A stretch of DNA of 64,000 bases from Candidatus Latescibacterota bacterium (GCA_965198115.1 OZ240241.1:5472001-5536000), one strand, 5' to 3'; shown: positions 51,241-62,724, numbered from the stretch's first letter. Notes: a model not told the origin generated them from the sequence alone. Numbers and translations: made by a program.

Positions 51241-52227
51241 TCACCCCCGGAGGGCCGTCGCAGCCTCCCTCGAGAAATACGTCAGAATCATGTCTGCTCC
51301 CGCCCGTTTGATCGCCGTCAGCACCTCGAACATCGCCGTCTCGCGATCGACCCAACCCTTCTCGGCCGCTGCCAGGATCATCCCGTACTCTCCTGACACG
51401 TTGTAGGCGGCGATCGGCACGTCGAACACCTCCTTCGCGCGTGCGATCACATCGAGATACGCCAGCGCGGGTTTCACCATCACCACATCGGCCCCCTCAT
51501 CGATGTCGAGCGAGATCTCCTTGATCGCTTCGTCGACGTTGGCCGGATCCATCTGATACGTCTTCTTGTCCTTCGGCACATCTTCCCGCTCCCGCGGGGC
51601 CGACTTTAGCGCACCGCGAAACGGGCCGTAGAAACAGGATGCATACTTCGCCGAATAGGCCAGGATGCCGACCTGATCGAACCCGTCGTCGTCCAGTGCC
51701 ACCCGAATGGCCCCGATCCGTCCGTCCATCATATCCGACGGCGCGACCCAGTCGACACCAGCTTCAGCGTGCGAGAGGGCCATCTTCGTCAACACCTCGA
51801 CCGACGCATCGTTCGCGATTTCGCCCTCTATCAAGACCCCGTCGTGGCCGTGATCGGTGTAGGGATCGAGAGCCACATCGGTCTGAACGCAGACCTCGGG
51901 CATTTCCTGCTTCAGCTTCCGGATTGCCCGCTGGATCAGTCCGTCCTGGCGATACGACGCCGAACCTTCCGGATCCTTTTCCTCGGAATAGCCGAACAGA
52001 TTGATCGCCGGTACACCCAATTTGTGAAGTGCCATCGACTCCTTCACCAGCTCATCGATCGACAGTCGAAACTGACCGGGCATCGAATCAATCGGTTCTC
52101 GAATTCCCTCACCGTCGATCACAAACATCGGCTGGATGAAGTCACCCGAATGCAACTGTGTCTCGCGAGCGAGCGTACGAATGGCCTCGGTGCGACGTAG
52201 GCGGCGAGGTCTGTGTGTCAGGTCCAA
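51241..52227 (-). CDS. hemB: Porphobilinogen synthase, Asp-type (Zn-independent) metal site
   Basis: RPRRLR, DVALDPYTDHGHDG, PSDMMDG, YSAKYAS, MVKP and AYNVSGEY. Confidence 0.95.
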   Translation of the reverse strand: MDLTHRPRRLRRTEAIRTLARETQLHSGDFIQPMFVIDGEGIREPIDSMPGQFRLSIDELVKESMALHKLGVPAINLFGYSEEKDPEGSASYRQDGLIQRAIRKLKQEMPEVCVQTDVALDPYTDHGHDGVLIEGEIANDASVEVLTKMALSHAEAGVDWVAPSDMMDGRIGAIRVALDDDGFDQVGILAYSAKYASCFYGPFRGALKSAPREREDVPKDKKTYQMDPANVDEAIKEISLDIDEGADVVMVKPALAYLDVIARAKEVFDVPIAAYNVSGEYGMILAAAEKGWVDRETAMFEVLTAIKRAGADMILTYFSREAATALRG

Positions 52228-52303
52228 ACCGGCCCCCGGGTTGAAGTTGAGCGAGAAGTCACTATGTTAAGAGCCCCATCTCGACAATCGAAACGGAACT
52301 CAC

Positions 52304-52714
52304 GTGACAATCGATCGCATCATTGAAAATTTCGAGATTCTGGGCGACTGGGAAGAAAAATACCGCTACGTCATCGACCTCGGTCGCAAACTGCCTGGCC
52401 TCGACGAGCGCCATAAAACCGAAGTAAACCGAGTCAAAGGATGTGTCAGTAACGTTTGGCTTCTCACGCGTGTGAACGACGACAGCCCACCTCGTCTGGA
52501 GTTCGAAGCCGACAGCGACGCCCATATTGTCCGCGGTCTCGTCGCCATCCTCCTCACCATCTTCTCAGGCAGAACGCCTTCCGAAATTGTCGACACCGAC
52601 GTGCGCGCTATTTTCGAACAACTGGACTTGGAAAAGCACCTCAGCCCGAGCCGCAGCAACGGCTTCTTCTCCATGGTCGAGCGCATCCAAACCCTCGCCA
52701 AAGCGGCCGCCTAG
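52304..52714 (+). CDS. sufE: SufE family Fe-S sulfur acceptor
   Basis: WEEKYRYVIDLG, VKGCVS, ADSDAHIVRG and LSPSRSNG. Confidence 0.9.
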   Translation: MTIDRIIENFEILGDWEEKYRYVIDLGRKLPGLDERHKTEVNRVKGCVSNVWLLTRVNDDSPPRLEFEADSDAHIVRGLVAILLTIFSGRTPSEIVDTDVRAIFEQLDLEKHLSPSRSNGFFSMVERIQTLAKAAA

Positions 52715-52848
52715 AGAGAACCCCGTGGTCCGTCGTCGGCCCACATTGCGTCCCACTCAACGCCGGCCCAACATACCGCTCACCGCCTACTGCCCACGAA
52801 TTCAAGCCCTGCTCTTTCCCGAAGCGGAGCCTTCCTCCTAAGCTCGTG

Positions 52849-53694
52849 TCAGGGAACCGAACTCCCCGCCTCTTGAGCCCGCTTGGGATGCATCACCGAA
52901 CCTCGCTCGCCCCGTTCGATCTTGGCGAAGGCATCGTGATTGTGGATGCTTTCAAAGTTGTTGATCTGGACGTTGAACCACTTGATGCGCTCCAGGTTCA
53001 GCAGCTCTGCAAGATCGACGGAGACGTCTCGAACAATGTCTTCGACGAACTTGGGATTGTCGTAGGCCGATTCGGTCACGTGCTTCTCATCGGGCCGCTT
53101 TAGCACGGGATAGAGGGCAGAGGATCCGTTGCGCTCGGCGATGTCGATCAAGTCTTCGAACCAGAGGAAAGTGTCGTCGCTCGGACGAACGTCCATCTTG
53201 ACTTCGGACCTTTGATTGTGCGCGCCACGGTCGCTGATCTCTTTACTGCACGGACACAGACTTGTGACGTTTGCCCTGATTCCGATGACCTTGTCGTGCT
53301 GTCCGTCACGGGTGTGCATCGCTCGCAGGTGGCAATTGAAATCCAAAAGCCCTTTCTCTCCGGTTACCGGGGCGGATCGTTCGAGGAAGATCGGGAAGGT
53401 CAGGTCGACGAAGGCCTCCTCGGCTCCCAATCGCTTGAGCAGCTCTTCCAGGATCAGATGAACGGATTCGGGATGAAAGTGATGGTTTCGCTCGTTGAGC
53501 GCGATCATGAAACGGGACATGTGCGCGCCCTTCTGGTAGTGCGGAAGACTCACCGTCATCGACACGTCCGCCACCGTGTGGAAAGTGCCCCCATTCCGGA
53601 GCGGGAGGGTCAGCGGATAACGGACGTTGGAAGCGCCGACCTGGTCGATCTCGATCCCCCGGTCATCGGGGAGTTGCTGTATGTCGCGTAACAT
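52849..53694 (-). CDS. folE2: GTP cyclohydrolase IB
   Basis: KGAHMSR, TSLCPCSK, GAHNQRS, LKRPDEK, NPKFVED and ESIHNHDA. Confidence 0.93.
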   Translation of the reverse strand: MLRDIQQLPDDRGIEIDQVGASNVRYPLTLPLRNGGTFHTVADVSMTVSLPHYQKGAHMSRFMIALNERNHHFHPESVHLILEELLKRLGAEEAFVDLTFPIFLERSAPVTGEKGLLDFNCHLRAMHTRDGQHDKVIGIRANVTSLCPCSKEISDRGAHNQRSEVKMDVRPSDDTFLWFEDLIDIAERNGSSALYPVLKRPDEKHVTESAYDNPKFVEDIVRDVSVDLAELLNLERIKWFNVQINNFESIHNHDAFAKIERGERGSVMHPKRAQEAGSSVP

Positions 53695-53786
53695 TCGTAT
53701 TCCTGACTGGATAAAAAGCGGATGGGAGCCGATCGGCAACTAGGTTATCATAACCCGCCAACGCCGTCAATACCCATCGGGAAAAC

Positions 53787-54587
53787 ATGCTCTGGAACAT
53801 CGACCCCGAAGTCTTTTCGCTCGGACCGCTGTCCATCCGCTACTACGGGCTCCTGTTCGCGGCCGCCTTTTTGGTGGGATTCGTCATTATCAGGCGGATC
53901 TACGAGAAGGAAGGAAAACCCGAAAAAGACCTGGACAGCCTCCTGACCCATATGATGGTTGGAACGGTCGCAGGCGCCCGCCTGGGCCATTGCCTCTTTT
54001 ACGATCCGGGCTACTATCTGACCCACCCGATCGAAATCCTGAAGGTGTGGGAGGGGGGACTGGCCAGTCACGGCGGCGCGCTCGGTATCTTCACGGCACT
54101 TTACATCTACACGAAAAAGCATCCCGACCAGCCGTATCTGTGGATCCTGGATCGGATGGTCATCGTCATCGCTCTGGCAGGTCTTTTCATTCGCACAGGC
54201 AACTTCCTCAATTCCGAAATTATAGGGCTTTCCACGAACGTTCCGTGGGCGGTCGTGTTCGAACGGGTCGATGCGGTCCCGCGCCATCCCGCCCAGCTCT
54301 ACGAAGCGATCGCCTACGGCTCCATCTCAGCGGGCCTCTACGCCACCTACGCTCGATTCCGTGCGGCCACACCAGCCGGGCTGCTGCTCGGCCTCTTTCT
54401 TGTAATGGTCTTCGCGTTTCGGTTCTTCATCGAGTTCCTCAAAGAGCGCCAGGCTGCCTATGGAACAGACCTTGCGCTTAGCGTCGGCCAACTCCTCAGC
54501 ATACCCCTCGTGCTGTTGGGAGTCCTACTTCTCATTCTGGCGCTGAAATCTTTACAACCTCCTGATTCTCAAGAAGATATGCGATAA
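53787..54587 (+). CDS. lgt: Prolipoprotein diacylglyceryl transferase
   Basis: [27 protein letters not shown] and RHPAQLYE. Confidence 0.93.
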   Translation: MLWNIDPEVFSLGPLSIRYYGLLFAAAFLVGFVIIRRIYEKEGKPEKDLDSLLTHMMVGTVAGARLGHCLFYDPGYYLTHPIEILKVWEGGLASHGGALGIFTALYIYTKKHPDQPYLWILDRMVIVIALAGLFIRTGNFLNSEIIGLSTNVPWAVVFERVDAVPRHPAQLYEAIAYGSISAGLYATYARFRAATPAGLLLGLFLVMVFAFRFFIEFLKERQAAYGTDLALSVGQLLSIPLVLLGVLLLILALKSLQPPDSQEDMR

Positions 54588-54678
54588 TCATTGCGACCGG
54601 ATTCGGATTCCTGTAACTTCTTTCTGCTTCAAATCAGACCTCTATCAGTGTGAACAGTGGAACATCAGGAGGCCGTCA

Positions 54679-54843
54679 ATGGCCAAAGGCAGGGGAAATC
54701 GCGTACGGGTCACACTCAAAAGCACAGAGAGCGGCCACGCTTACCACACCTTCAAAAATCGACAGAATAATCCCGAGCGAATCGAAATCAAAAAATTTGA
54801 TCCGGTTGTGAGGAAGCACGTCCTCTATCGCGAAGACCGATAG
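54679..54843 (+). CDS. rpmG: 50S ribosomal protein L33, Cys-free form
   Basis: Manual translation [54 protein letters not shown]; AGGAGG RBS; below the ORF-track length cutoff. Confidence 0.93.
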   Translation: MAKGRGNRVRVTLKSTESGHAYHTFKNRQNNPERIEIKKFDPVVRKHVLYREDR

Positions 54844-54912
54844 GCTGTGCGGCTATGGCCGCGCGGCAGTTGTCAGTGTTCGGACGGCCGCAACACCTGC
54901 AATTGGCACTAA

Positions 54913-56174
54913 GTACTCCTGTTCTCAAATACGGTGACGTATTCTAAGCAGACTTTGCCAAGGGCGTATCGTAGAACCTGAGTTTGTCGATCATCTCCGC
55001 GAGATCTGTTCGTGTGAACTTCCATTTGAAGGGTGTGGCGATACGTCCGTAGCGTTCCTGAAAACCGAGGATTCTTGCCTCAAGCTCTTCGAGCGATGCA
55101 AATTCGATAGGTGTCAGAGCCTTGCGTTTGAGGATCGAGAAGTAGATCTCGATCTGATTGAGCCAGCTTGCGTGGATCGGAAGGTGAACGGGGTGGATGT
55201 TTGGCCACTTCCCCTGGATACGGTCGATGCATGTTTGCCCTCGGTGCGAGGAGCCATTATCCACGATGAGGTAGACTTTCTTTGCCGAGCAATAGGGTTT
55301 CCGGCTCATGATCAGGCTCAGGAGCCGGTTGAAGGGCTCGATACCCGAAGAAGACTCACAGAGACCGAAGATTCGACCATTGTGCACGTCGAGAGCAGCC
55401 AGATAGGCCAGGGCTCCTTTCCGCTCGTATTCGTGTTTCAACGCGTGCCGCTCTGTTCGAGGCTGGCGGTAGGGTAACGTGCTTGCGAGCTCGTGCTTGA
55501 ATACTGGTCTTTTCGTCGGCAGAAAGTACATATTCCCTCGGCCCTAAAGGCTTTCCTTGCCATTGGCGGTGATACAGATCAAGGACTCTACCTGCTTTGG
55601 TTTGGAAGTCCGGGTCCCGTGGGAAAATCCAGGAGCGATGATACCAAGGACGAATCGCGTCCTCGTTCAACCAGCGCCAGACAGTGGCGCCGCTGATCTT
55701 GGCAACGAAGCCCCTTTGCACTGCCTCGGCGGCAATCTCGGAACAGCTGAACCGCGAGAGCGGTATCCCGCTCTCGCTCGGTAGTTCACACGCCAGCGCC
55801 TTGATCTGAACGACCACCTGAGGGGGGAAAACCGGGCGGGCGCCCGGGACGAGATCTATCTTCGAGTCCCGAAAGACGCTCTTCGAAAAAGCGCTTACGC
55901 CATTTGCTTACGATCGGACGCGGGACATCCAACCGTTGGGCGATACTCTTGTTGGATAATCCCTCGGCGGCGAGAAGCACGATTTTCGATCGGATCACTT
56001 GATAATACGGTAACGTATATTGTCCAGCCATTCGCTCGAGGTCGACCCGTTCCTTCTCAGACAGTAGCACCACATAAGGCGAACGTCTTGGCATTGTTCT
56101 CCTCCTTTTGAAGGAGAACATAAGCTACAAATAATGTTCAAGACATACGTAATAATATTTATGAAACCATGCAC
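54913..56174 (-). mobile_element. IS630-family element
   Basis: Imperfect terminal IRs (19/31), TA(A) at both flanks. Confidence 0.85.
54944..56094 (-). CDS. IS630 transposase in three frames (likely one programmed frameshift plus one extra shift)
   Basis: HTH orfA 56094-55786; ADEKTSIQAR, YERKG, IVDNGSSH and HASWLNQIE. Confidence 0.85.
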
Positions 56175-56227
56175 TAAGGTTGATACCGAGCGAGCGTAGT
56201 GATAACAGTCACCGTATCTCAAACCTG

Positions 56228-57617
56228 GGTGAGGTCCCTATCCTAGTTGAAACTTAAAGGGCTCCAAACTTACGTTGTGGGTAGACGTGTGAGAGCGTGT
56301 ACCCGTAAGAAAGGAGCCCACGATGGAGAAGCTATTTGCAGGGGATGGCGAAGTCAAGGTTGGGTCAGACGTTATGGATTTGGAGACGCGTTTATCGGTG
56401 ATCCGGGCGCTGATTCCGCTGGGTCTGGAGGCCGTTGCCGACGTGCTCCAGCAGGAGGTGGAGCAGCTCGCAGGCGTTCGGTATGCGCGTAAGGGTTCAG
56501 AGCAGTCGCATCGTCGATGGGGAAGCCAGAAAGGGTCCGTGTATCTGATGGACCAGAAGCTGCCGGTGGCCGTTCCCCGTGTGCGCGACGTCGAGTCCGA
56601 TACGGAGGTTTCTCTGGCCGCATACCGGGGGATGCAGAGGCCCAGAGCGATGGATGAGAAGCTGTGCTGCTTCGTGTGCTCAAGGGAATCTCCTGTCGCA
56701 ACTACAGAGCCTGTGCAGAGTCGGTACCCGAAGCGTTCGGAATTTCGGCATCCTCCGTCTCGCGACGGTTCATCAAAGCCACCGCAAAGAAGCTGAAGCA
56801 GTTCCAGGAACGACCGCTCGACGACTACGACTTGGTCGCCCTGTTCATCGACGGAAAGAGCTTTGCCGACGAAGAGATCGTGATCGCTCCGGGCGTCACG
56901 ACGGACGGCCAGAAGATCCCCCTGGGCTTCGTCGAATCGGCGACGGAGAACGAACGGATCTGCCGTCAGCTGATCCAGGATCTCATCCGGAGAGGCCTGT
57001 GCTACGACCAGGGCCTTCTCGTTGTGCTGGACGGCTCAAAGGGACTCCGCAGTGCCGTCACCAAAGCCCTCAAAGGGGATGTGTGCGTGCATCGCTGTCA
57101 GTGGCACAAGCGCGAGAACGTCGTCAGCTACCTCCCGGAGGCAGAACGTCCAAGAGTTCGACGGAAACTTCAGAAAGCCTATGACTGCGACACCTACGAG
57201 GAGGCAAAGGCCGCACTCGAATCACTCAAACCCGAACTCAAGCTGATGAATCAGTCTGCCGTGGCAAGCCTCGAGGAAGGACTGGAGGAAACCCTGACCC
57301 TCCACCGGCTGGGGATGCTCCCGTTCTTGAAGCGAAGCTTCCGAACCACCAATTGCATCGAGGCGCTCAACAGCATGACCGGCAACCTGATACGGAAGGT
57401 CAACCGCTGGAACAACTCTCCTCAGCGACACAGATGGGTCGCGGCCGCACTCCTCGACATCGAACCACGCCTGCGACGCGTGAGCGGATACAAACACCTC
57501 CCGCTGCTCAGGCAAGCACTGAAAAACAACCTGAATCTCGGCGACAATCAAGATGCTCGGCAGAGAGCATGAATACCACGGAGCCCGATGAGTTTCAACT
57601 GACTATGGGACTTGACC
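56228..57617 (+). mobile_element. IS256-family element (distinct from the one at 5495)
   Basis: IRs GGTGAGGTCCC..AGTTGAAACT vs GGTCAAGTCCC..AGTTGAAACT (19/27). No target duplication. Confidence 0.85.
56323..57572 (+). CDS. IS256 transposase (frameshift near 56665)
   Basis: FIDG, VLDGSKGL, HRCQWHK and RTTNCIE. Confidence 0.88.
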
Positions 57618-57722
57618 ACGAATGGTTGCCTCTCAATGTCTGGAAAATGATGTTGAGCATGGAGATGGGCCCCTTCCCCTGGCGGCCTGAACCTGATAAT
57701 GAGGCGACACAATAAGGAGCCG

Positions 57723-59705
57723 ATGGCATCTCCGCCCAACACGGACGACTGGATCAACAACCTGCTGCCGCTGCCGCGGGAGGTTTCGATCGCCACCTGG
57801 GTCTCCTACGCGCCAGCTGCGGTTTCCGTGCGCACGCGACCGGAGGCAGCTGATGTCGAGCTGCAGGCCGCCGCAGAACTGCGCCAGCTCTTTGTCGACA
57901 AGGCGGGCGCCGAACCAAACGGCGACGACTTCGAGATCCTGCTCGGCGTGGTGGACGCTGACGGCATCCTCGACGCTACTGCTGTCGACACCCGTCCCCT
58001 GCGGGATGTGCCCAACCGCGAGCAGGCCTACCTGATCCAGCCCGATGGGAACGCAAGGCTCGTGCTCGCAGCCCTCGACGGGCACGGCGTCTACTACGCG
58101 GCGCAGACGCTGACCCAGCTCCTCGAGAGGACCGTGTCGAGCGACAGCGTCTCCATACCCCTAGCCACGATCCGCGACTGGCCCGACATCGAAGAGCGCG
58201 GGCTGTGGAACTTCCCCGATGTCGCCGAGTGGATCCCGTGGATGGCGTCACTCAAGCTCAACTACGGCAAAATGGCCGACACGCGTCTGACCACCGTCGA
58301 GCGCGGCCAGCCGAACAACGCCACCATCGACGTCGACCTCATGCGCTCGGCAGCGCGGCGCGCCTTCAATTACGTACCCTACATCCTGCATCTCAACTTC
58401 CTCCACGACGTCGGCCTGTTCCGCGCGTATCCTGAACTGGCCGGAAAGGGAGACGGCGCCCTGGCCGGCCGCTACTTCGCGCACAAACAGGGCAACCAGC
58501 ATCGCGTGCCGTGTCCGTCGCAACCGAAGCTGGTCGAGATCCTCACCGAGTTGATGGAGTCCATCGCCGCGCAGGGGGCGCACGAGATCAGCTGCTGGCT
58601 GAGCGAGCGCCCGGCACAGTGCGGCTGCCCGGCGTGCACCGCGGTCGGTCAGTTCGTACTCGAGGCGCGTTCGTTCACCGCGGCGTGGCGCAAGGCACAG
58701 GAGCGGTTCCCAGAGCTGCAGATCCGGCTGTTCCTGTCAACGACGACGTCGGAGCGCGATCATCAGGTGGTGGCCGAGGCGCCGCCGGACGTCAAGATCG
58801 AGCGGGCCTGTGCCGGCTGGCTCGAACGCTTCCCACACCATCCCCGCGACCTGATCGCCAATCCACTTCTCGATCGTTCCGCCGCCGAAGGCCGCTGGGT
58901 CGCCTCCTACGACGTGCCGATCGGCGCGTTCGGTCGTGTCGACACCCCCGAGTACAAACTGCCCGAGCGCTCGGCCCATCGCATCCGCAACTATGTGGAG
59001 CAGCTGATCGCCCGGCGCTACAACGGCGCCTACGGCATGCTGGCGTGGCAGGCGTTCGCTCGAGAGATATGCGGCTTCAACATCGCCGCACTGGCCGAAT
59101 GGTCGTGGAACGGCGGCGGCCGCGACGAGGAGGCGTTTGCCACGGCCTGGGCACGTCGCAGCGGCTATGACGACCCCGAACGCGTGGGACGCTGGGCCGC
59201 ATTGATCGGACCAATCGAGTTCGACGTCTACGACTCCGACTTCCCGTTCTGCTACTCGTGGGGTCAGGCGATCGAGATGGTGGACCGGCGAGATCGTCCG
59301 GTCCTCGGTGAGGGGATGTTCCGATATTACGCGAGCACCGAAGACTTCGAGCACAAGAAAGCGGTCTGCACCGAAGCCCTCGAACTCGTATCCGATGAAT
59401 CGTACGCCGACCTCGCCCACGAAACTCAGGTCGTGCGCACCTACATCGGCCTGACTGAAGGCATCTGCCGCGTCGCCGAACTGGTTGCCGCCGTCGATCT
59501 CACTGATGCACCCGCTCAGACGCAGCTGCTGGAAGCGGTGATGACACTGGAACGCGCCGGCGCCGACAACACAGCCGCCATCCGCACGTGGCGAAACGGG
59601 CTGGGCCCCGAGCCGTGGCACTACCGCGTGCACGACGCGATTCAGGGAACGGAGCACACCGTAGCGGAGATTGCCCGTATCGTCCGCGAGCGACATCTAC
59701 ATTGA
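57723..59705 (+). CDS. Protein with GH20-type N-terminal zincin-like domain; putative glycoside hydrolase
   Basis: LLPLPRE, EQAYLI, GVYYAAQTLTQL and IRDWPDIEERG; AAGGAG RBS. Confidence 0.7.
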   Translation: MASPPNTDDWINNLLPLPREVSIATWVSYAPAAVSVRTRPEAADVELQAAAELRQLFVDKAGAEPNGDDFEILLGVVDADGILDATAVDTRPLRDVPNREQAYLIQPDGNARLVLAALDGHGVYYAAQTLTQLLERTVSSDSVSIPLATIRDWPDIEERGLWNFPDVAEWIPWMASLKLNYGKMADTRLTTVERGQPNNATIDVDLMRSAARRAFNYVPYILHLNFLHDVGLFRAYPELAGKGDGALAGRYFAHKQGNQHRVPCPSQPKLVEILTELMESIAAQGAHEISCWLSERPAQCGCPACTAVGQFVLEARSFTAAWRKAQERFPELQIRLFLSTTTSERDHQVVAEAPPDVKIERACAGWLERFPHHPRDLIANPLLDRSAAEGRWVASYDVPIGAFGRVDTPEYKLPERSAHRIRNYVEQLIARRYNGAYGMLAWQAFAREICGFNIAALAEWSWNGGGRDEEAFATAWARRSGYDDPERVGRWAALIGPIEFDVYDSDFPFCYSWGQAIEMVDRRDRPVLGEGMFRYYASTEDFEHKKAVCTEALELVSDESYADLAHETQVVRTYIGLTEGICRVAELVAAVDLTDAPAQTQLLEAVMTLERAGADNTAAIRTWRNGLGPEPWHYRVHDAIQGTEHTVAEIARIVRERHLH

Positions 59706-59805
59706 AGATGGATGATGTGAGAATAGTATCGTCGACAGATTACCCTCAAGGCCTCTCAATTCTCACACGTTTTATGTTCACATCTACTATGCCTAGGAGA
59801 ACCCC

Positions 59806-60897
59806 TTGCTAATATTCGACGGCGACTACCCGATGGCCTACGGTGCGCTCGACCTGAACCGGGACTTGACGCTTCCGTTGGACGAAGTGCGCGCAGCCGA
59901 ATCCGACCCGGCGAACGTCCCGTTTGCGTGCCTGCCCGAGATGCGCAAGGGCGGCGTTTACTGCGCCCTGATGAAGATCACGGCCCGCCGCCAGCGGGAA
60001 AGCAGTATCCTTCCGGGGTATCGTGGCAAAGAAGCGGCGCACGGCGCTGCAAAAGGGAACCTGGCGTTCTACCGGGCGCTGGAATCTACGGGCGAGGGTG
60101 TTGTCATCACGACGGGAAAGCAGCTCGATCACCTGGCCGAGCAATGGGAGCAAACCGACAACCGCGCCGAACTCCCTGTCGGTCTGTTGATCGGCCTGGA
60201 GGGGGCCGACCCGATTCTGACGCCGGACCAGGTGCACGATTGGTTCGCAGACGGCGTGCGCGTGGTCAGCCTCACGCACTACGACACGAGCCGGTACGCG
60301 CACGGGACGGGCACGGGCACAGAGGGTGGGTTGATGGCGCCGGGGCCGGAACTGCTGCGCGAGATGACTAGCTGCGGCATGCTGCTCGACACGACGCACA
60401 TCGCAGATCGCAGCTTCTGGGAAGCGCTCGAGCATTATCAGGGGCCTGTCCTGGCGAGTCACCAGAACTGCCGCGCCCTCGCGCCCGGTGAGCGCCAGTT
60501 CGACGACGATCAGCTGCGAGCGGTGATCGAAAGGGATGGCGTCATCGGCGCGTCGATAGATACCTGGATGCTGCGGGAGAAGCAGGACATCGACTGGGCG
60601 TCGACCGCATCCTACTCGCGCCGGGACTATTTCACCCGCGACGAAGTCACGCTCGAGCATATCGCCAACCACGTGGACCACGTCTGTCAGTTGGCCGGAA
60701 ACGCCCTACACGCGGCAATCGGCGGCGACACCGACGGTCAGGGAGGCGTCGACGGCGCGCCGTTCGAGATCGACACCGTAGCCGACTACCAGCAGATCGC
60801 GCAGATCCTAGAAAGACGCGGCTACAGCGATGAAGACGTGGCCAACGTGATGCACCGCAACTGGCACCGTTTCTACACGACCTATTTGCCCAACTGA
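59806..60897 (+). CDS. Membrane dipeptidase (M19) family
   Basis: GLEGAD, SLTHY, LDTTH, ASHQNCR and IGGDTDG. Confidence 0.85.
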   Translation: MLIFDGDYPMAYGALDLNRDLTLPLDEVRAAESDPANVPFACLPEMRKGGVYCALMKITARRQRESSILPGYRGKEAAHGAAKGNLAFYRALESTGEGVVITTGKQLDHLAEQWEQTDNRAELPVGLLIGLEGADPILTPDQVHDWFADGVRVVSLTHYDTSRYAHGTGTGTEGGLMAPGPELLREMTSCGMLLDTTHIADRSFWEALEHYQGPVLASHQNCRALAPGERQFDDDQLRAVIERDGVIGASIDTWMLREKQDIDWASTASYSRRDYFTRDEVTLEHIANHVDHVCQLAGNALHAAIGGDTDGQGGVDGAPFEIDTVADYQQIAQILERRGYSDEDVANVMHRNWHRFYTTYLPN

Positions 60898-61072
60898 ACG
60901 CGAGCGCGTGGACCTGGCGATCGACGGCAGTTATCAGATCAAAAGAGATTGCAGCAAGCCATTCACAGCGAATCGCCAATCACCTGGGATGGCCGACGAT
61001 TGCTTTGCGTCGTGAAGGACTGAGGGCATTCCGGCGGCGACAGAGAATCAGGATCAGGGAGAGAGAACCCAC

Positions 61073-62692
61073 GTGAATGAGAGCAGGAAAGCAGCCCGCT
61101 GGCGCAGGCGGCGGATAATCTACAACAACGACGGTGATGACGTGAAGGAGGCGCAAAATCGCCACGACGTCCACTGGCAGCTTATGGTGCGGAGTGGGGG
61201 CGAGCTGATCGATGATTTTCTCCAAGCACGTACCACATCGCTGGTGGACACCCAGGTTGACAGCATCTGGTATTCTACCTGCACGGCCGGCCTCCTGTTC
61301 ACGCACCACACAGAACTGGGTGGGTATTGCGGCAAAGGGATCTCACAGGAGCTCATCGACACCTACGGGCGCGACAATCTCCAGATTCAGGTGGACTACG
61401 CTCACGAGAACAACCTGGAGGTCTTCTGGTCATTACGCATGAACGACACCCACGACGCCCATCCGAAAGGCTACCGCAGCAACTACTGCGGGGTGGCACC
61501 CTTCAAAACGGAAAATCCGCACTATCTGTTGGGAGAGGCAGACGATTGGTACAAGTACCCCGGTGAACCGCGACAATGGTGGACTTCTCTCGATTTCACT
61601 TATCCAGAGGTTCGTGAGCACATATTCTCGTTGATTGAGGAGGTGTGCAGGGGATACGACGTCGATGGCGTCGAGTTGGACTTCCTTCGCCATCCCACGT
61701 TCTTTCCGCCTACTCTGGATGGAAATCCAGTGGATCCGGACCAAGTGGAGATGATGACCGACCTCGTACGGCGTATACGAAAGATGGCCGATGAGGTGGA
61801 ACGAGAACGAGGGCGTCCCCTATTGCTGGCAGTGCGCACGCCGTTTGCACTCGCAGACGCGCTATTCGTTGGCCTGGATCTGCAACAGTGGCTCGCGGAA
61901 GATCTCATCGATGTGCTGATAGCGGGCGGGCTCTTCGAGCGGATCATGACCGAGCCGCTGCAGGAGGTCGTGGAGCTGGGACACGAGTTTGAGGTCCCGG
62001 TGTACCCTTGTGTCGGGTGGCCATTCTGGCACTACTGGGCTTTTCTGGATCTGGGAGCGGGCGAACACCGGACCCGCGGTTCGTGGGTGGAAACCCTGTA
62101 TGGCGGTCACCCTAACGACATCGACAAGCAGTGTTACATCGTCGCTTGGAATGCTTGGAAGGGATCCGCGGCGGCGTGGCGTGGGGCCGCGATGAATGCG
62201 TGGAACGCTCGTGCGGACGGGATCTATGTGTTCAACGGTTTCCACAGTACGCCAATCGAAAGGTGGCGGGAGATCGGTGATCCCAAAACGCTGGCGAACA
62301 AGGAAAAGGTGTTCGGCGTGGATCGGTTCCCTGGCGAGTCCAACCTCTCAAAACCGGGAGAGCTGGAACTGAAACCGAGGCAACCCGTCACCGCCCACTT
62401 TCAGATTGGCGAGGATGTAGCATCGGGAAACGTCTCCGGGTTGCGCTTTCGTCTTCACCTGTGGGACTTTTCAGACGATGACGAGATCGAAGTGAAGCTC
62501 AACGGTGGCTCCCTCGATGACCTAAGACGGGCCGGATTACCCCAGACATCGACGTCGGGGCAATGGTTGGAATGCCGGCTGAATCCCGAACAGGTCAAAA
62601 GAGGCGAGAATAAAGTTGAACTGATGGTGAGTAAGCGGGATGCTGCAATGACCACGCCCCTTGTCGTGGATGCTGTGCAATTGCACGTTTAG
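61073..62692 (+). CDS. Glycosyl hydrolase-like family 10 (GHL10/DUF187-type) protein
   Basis: IIYNNDG, SLRMNDTH, LDFTYPEVR and YDVDGVELDFLRHP. Confidence 0.7.
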   Translation: MNESRKAARWRRRRIIYNNDGDDVKEAQNRHDVHWQLMVRSGGELIDDFLQARTTSLVDTQVDSIWYSTCTAGLLFTHHTELGGYCGKGISQELIDTYGRDNLQIQVDYAHENNLEVFWSLRMNDTHDAHPKGYRSNYCGVAPFKTENPHYLLGEADDWYKYPGEPRQWWTSLDFTYPEVREHIFSLIEEVCRGYDVDGVELDFLRHPTFFPPTLDGNPVDPDQVEMMTDLVRRIRKMADEVERERGRPLLLAVRTPFALADALFVGLDLQQWLAEDLIDVLIAGGLFERIMTEPLQEVVELGHEFEVPVYPCVGWPFWHYWAFLDLGAGEHRTRGSWVETLYGGHPNDIDKQCYIVAWNAWKGSAAAWRGAAMNAWNARADGIYVFNGFHSTPIERWREIGDPKTLANKEKVFGVDRFPGESNLSKPGELELKPRQPVTAHFQIGEDVASGNVSGLRFRLHLWDFSDDDEIEVKLNGGSLDDLRRAGLPQTSTSGQWLECRLNPEQVKRGENKVELMVSKRDAAMTTPLVVDAVQLHV

Positions 62693-62724
62693 CCGGCGTC
62701 TTTCAGAATCAGAAAGGAAACCAT

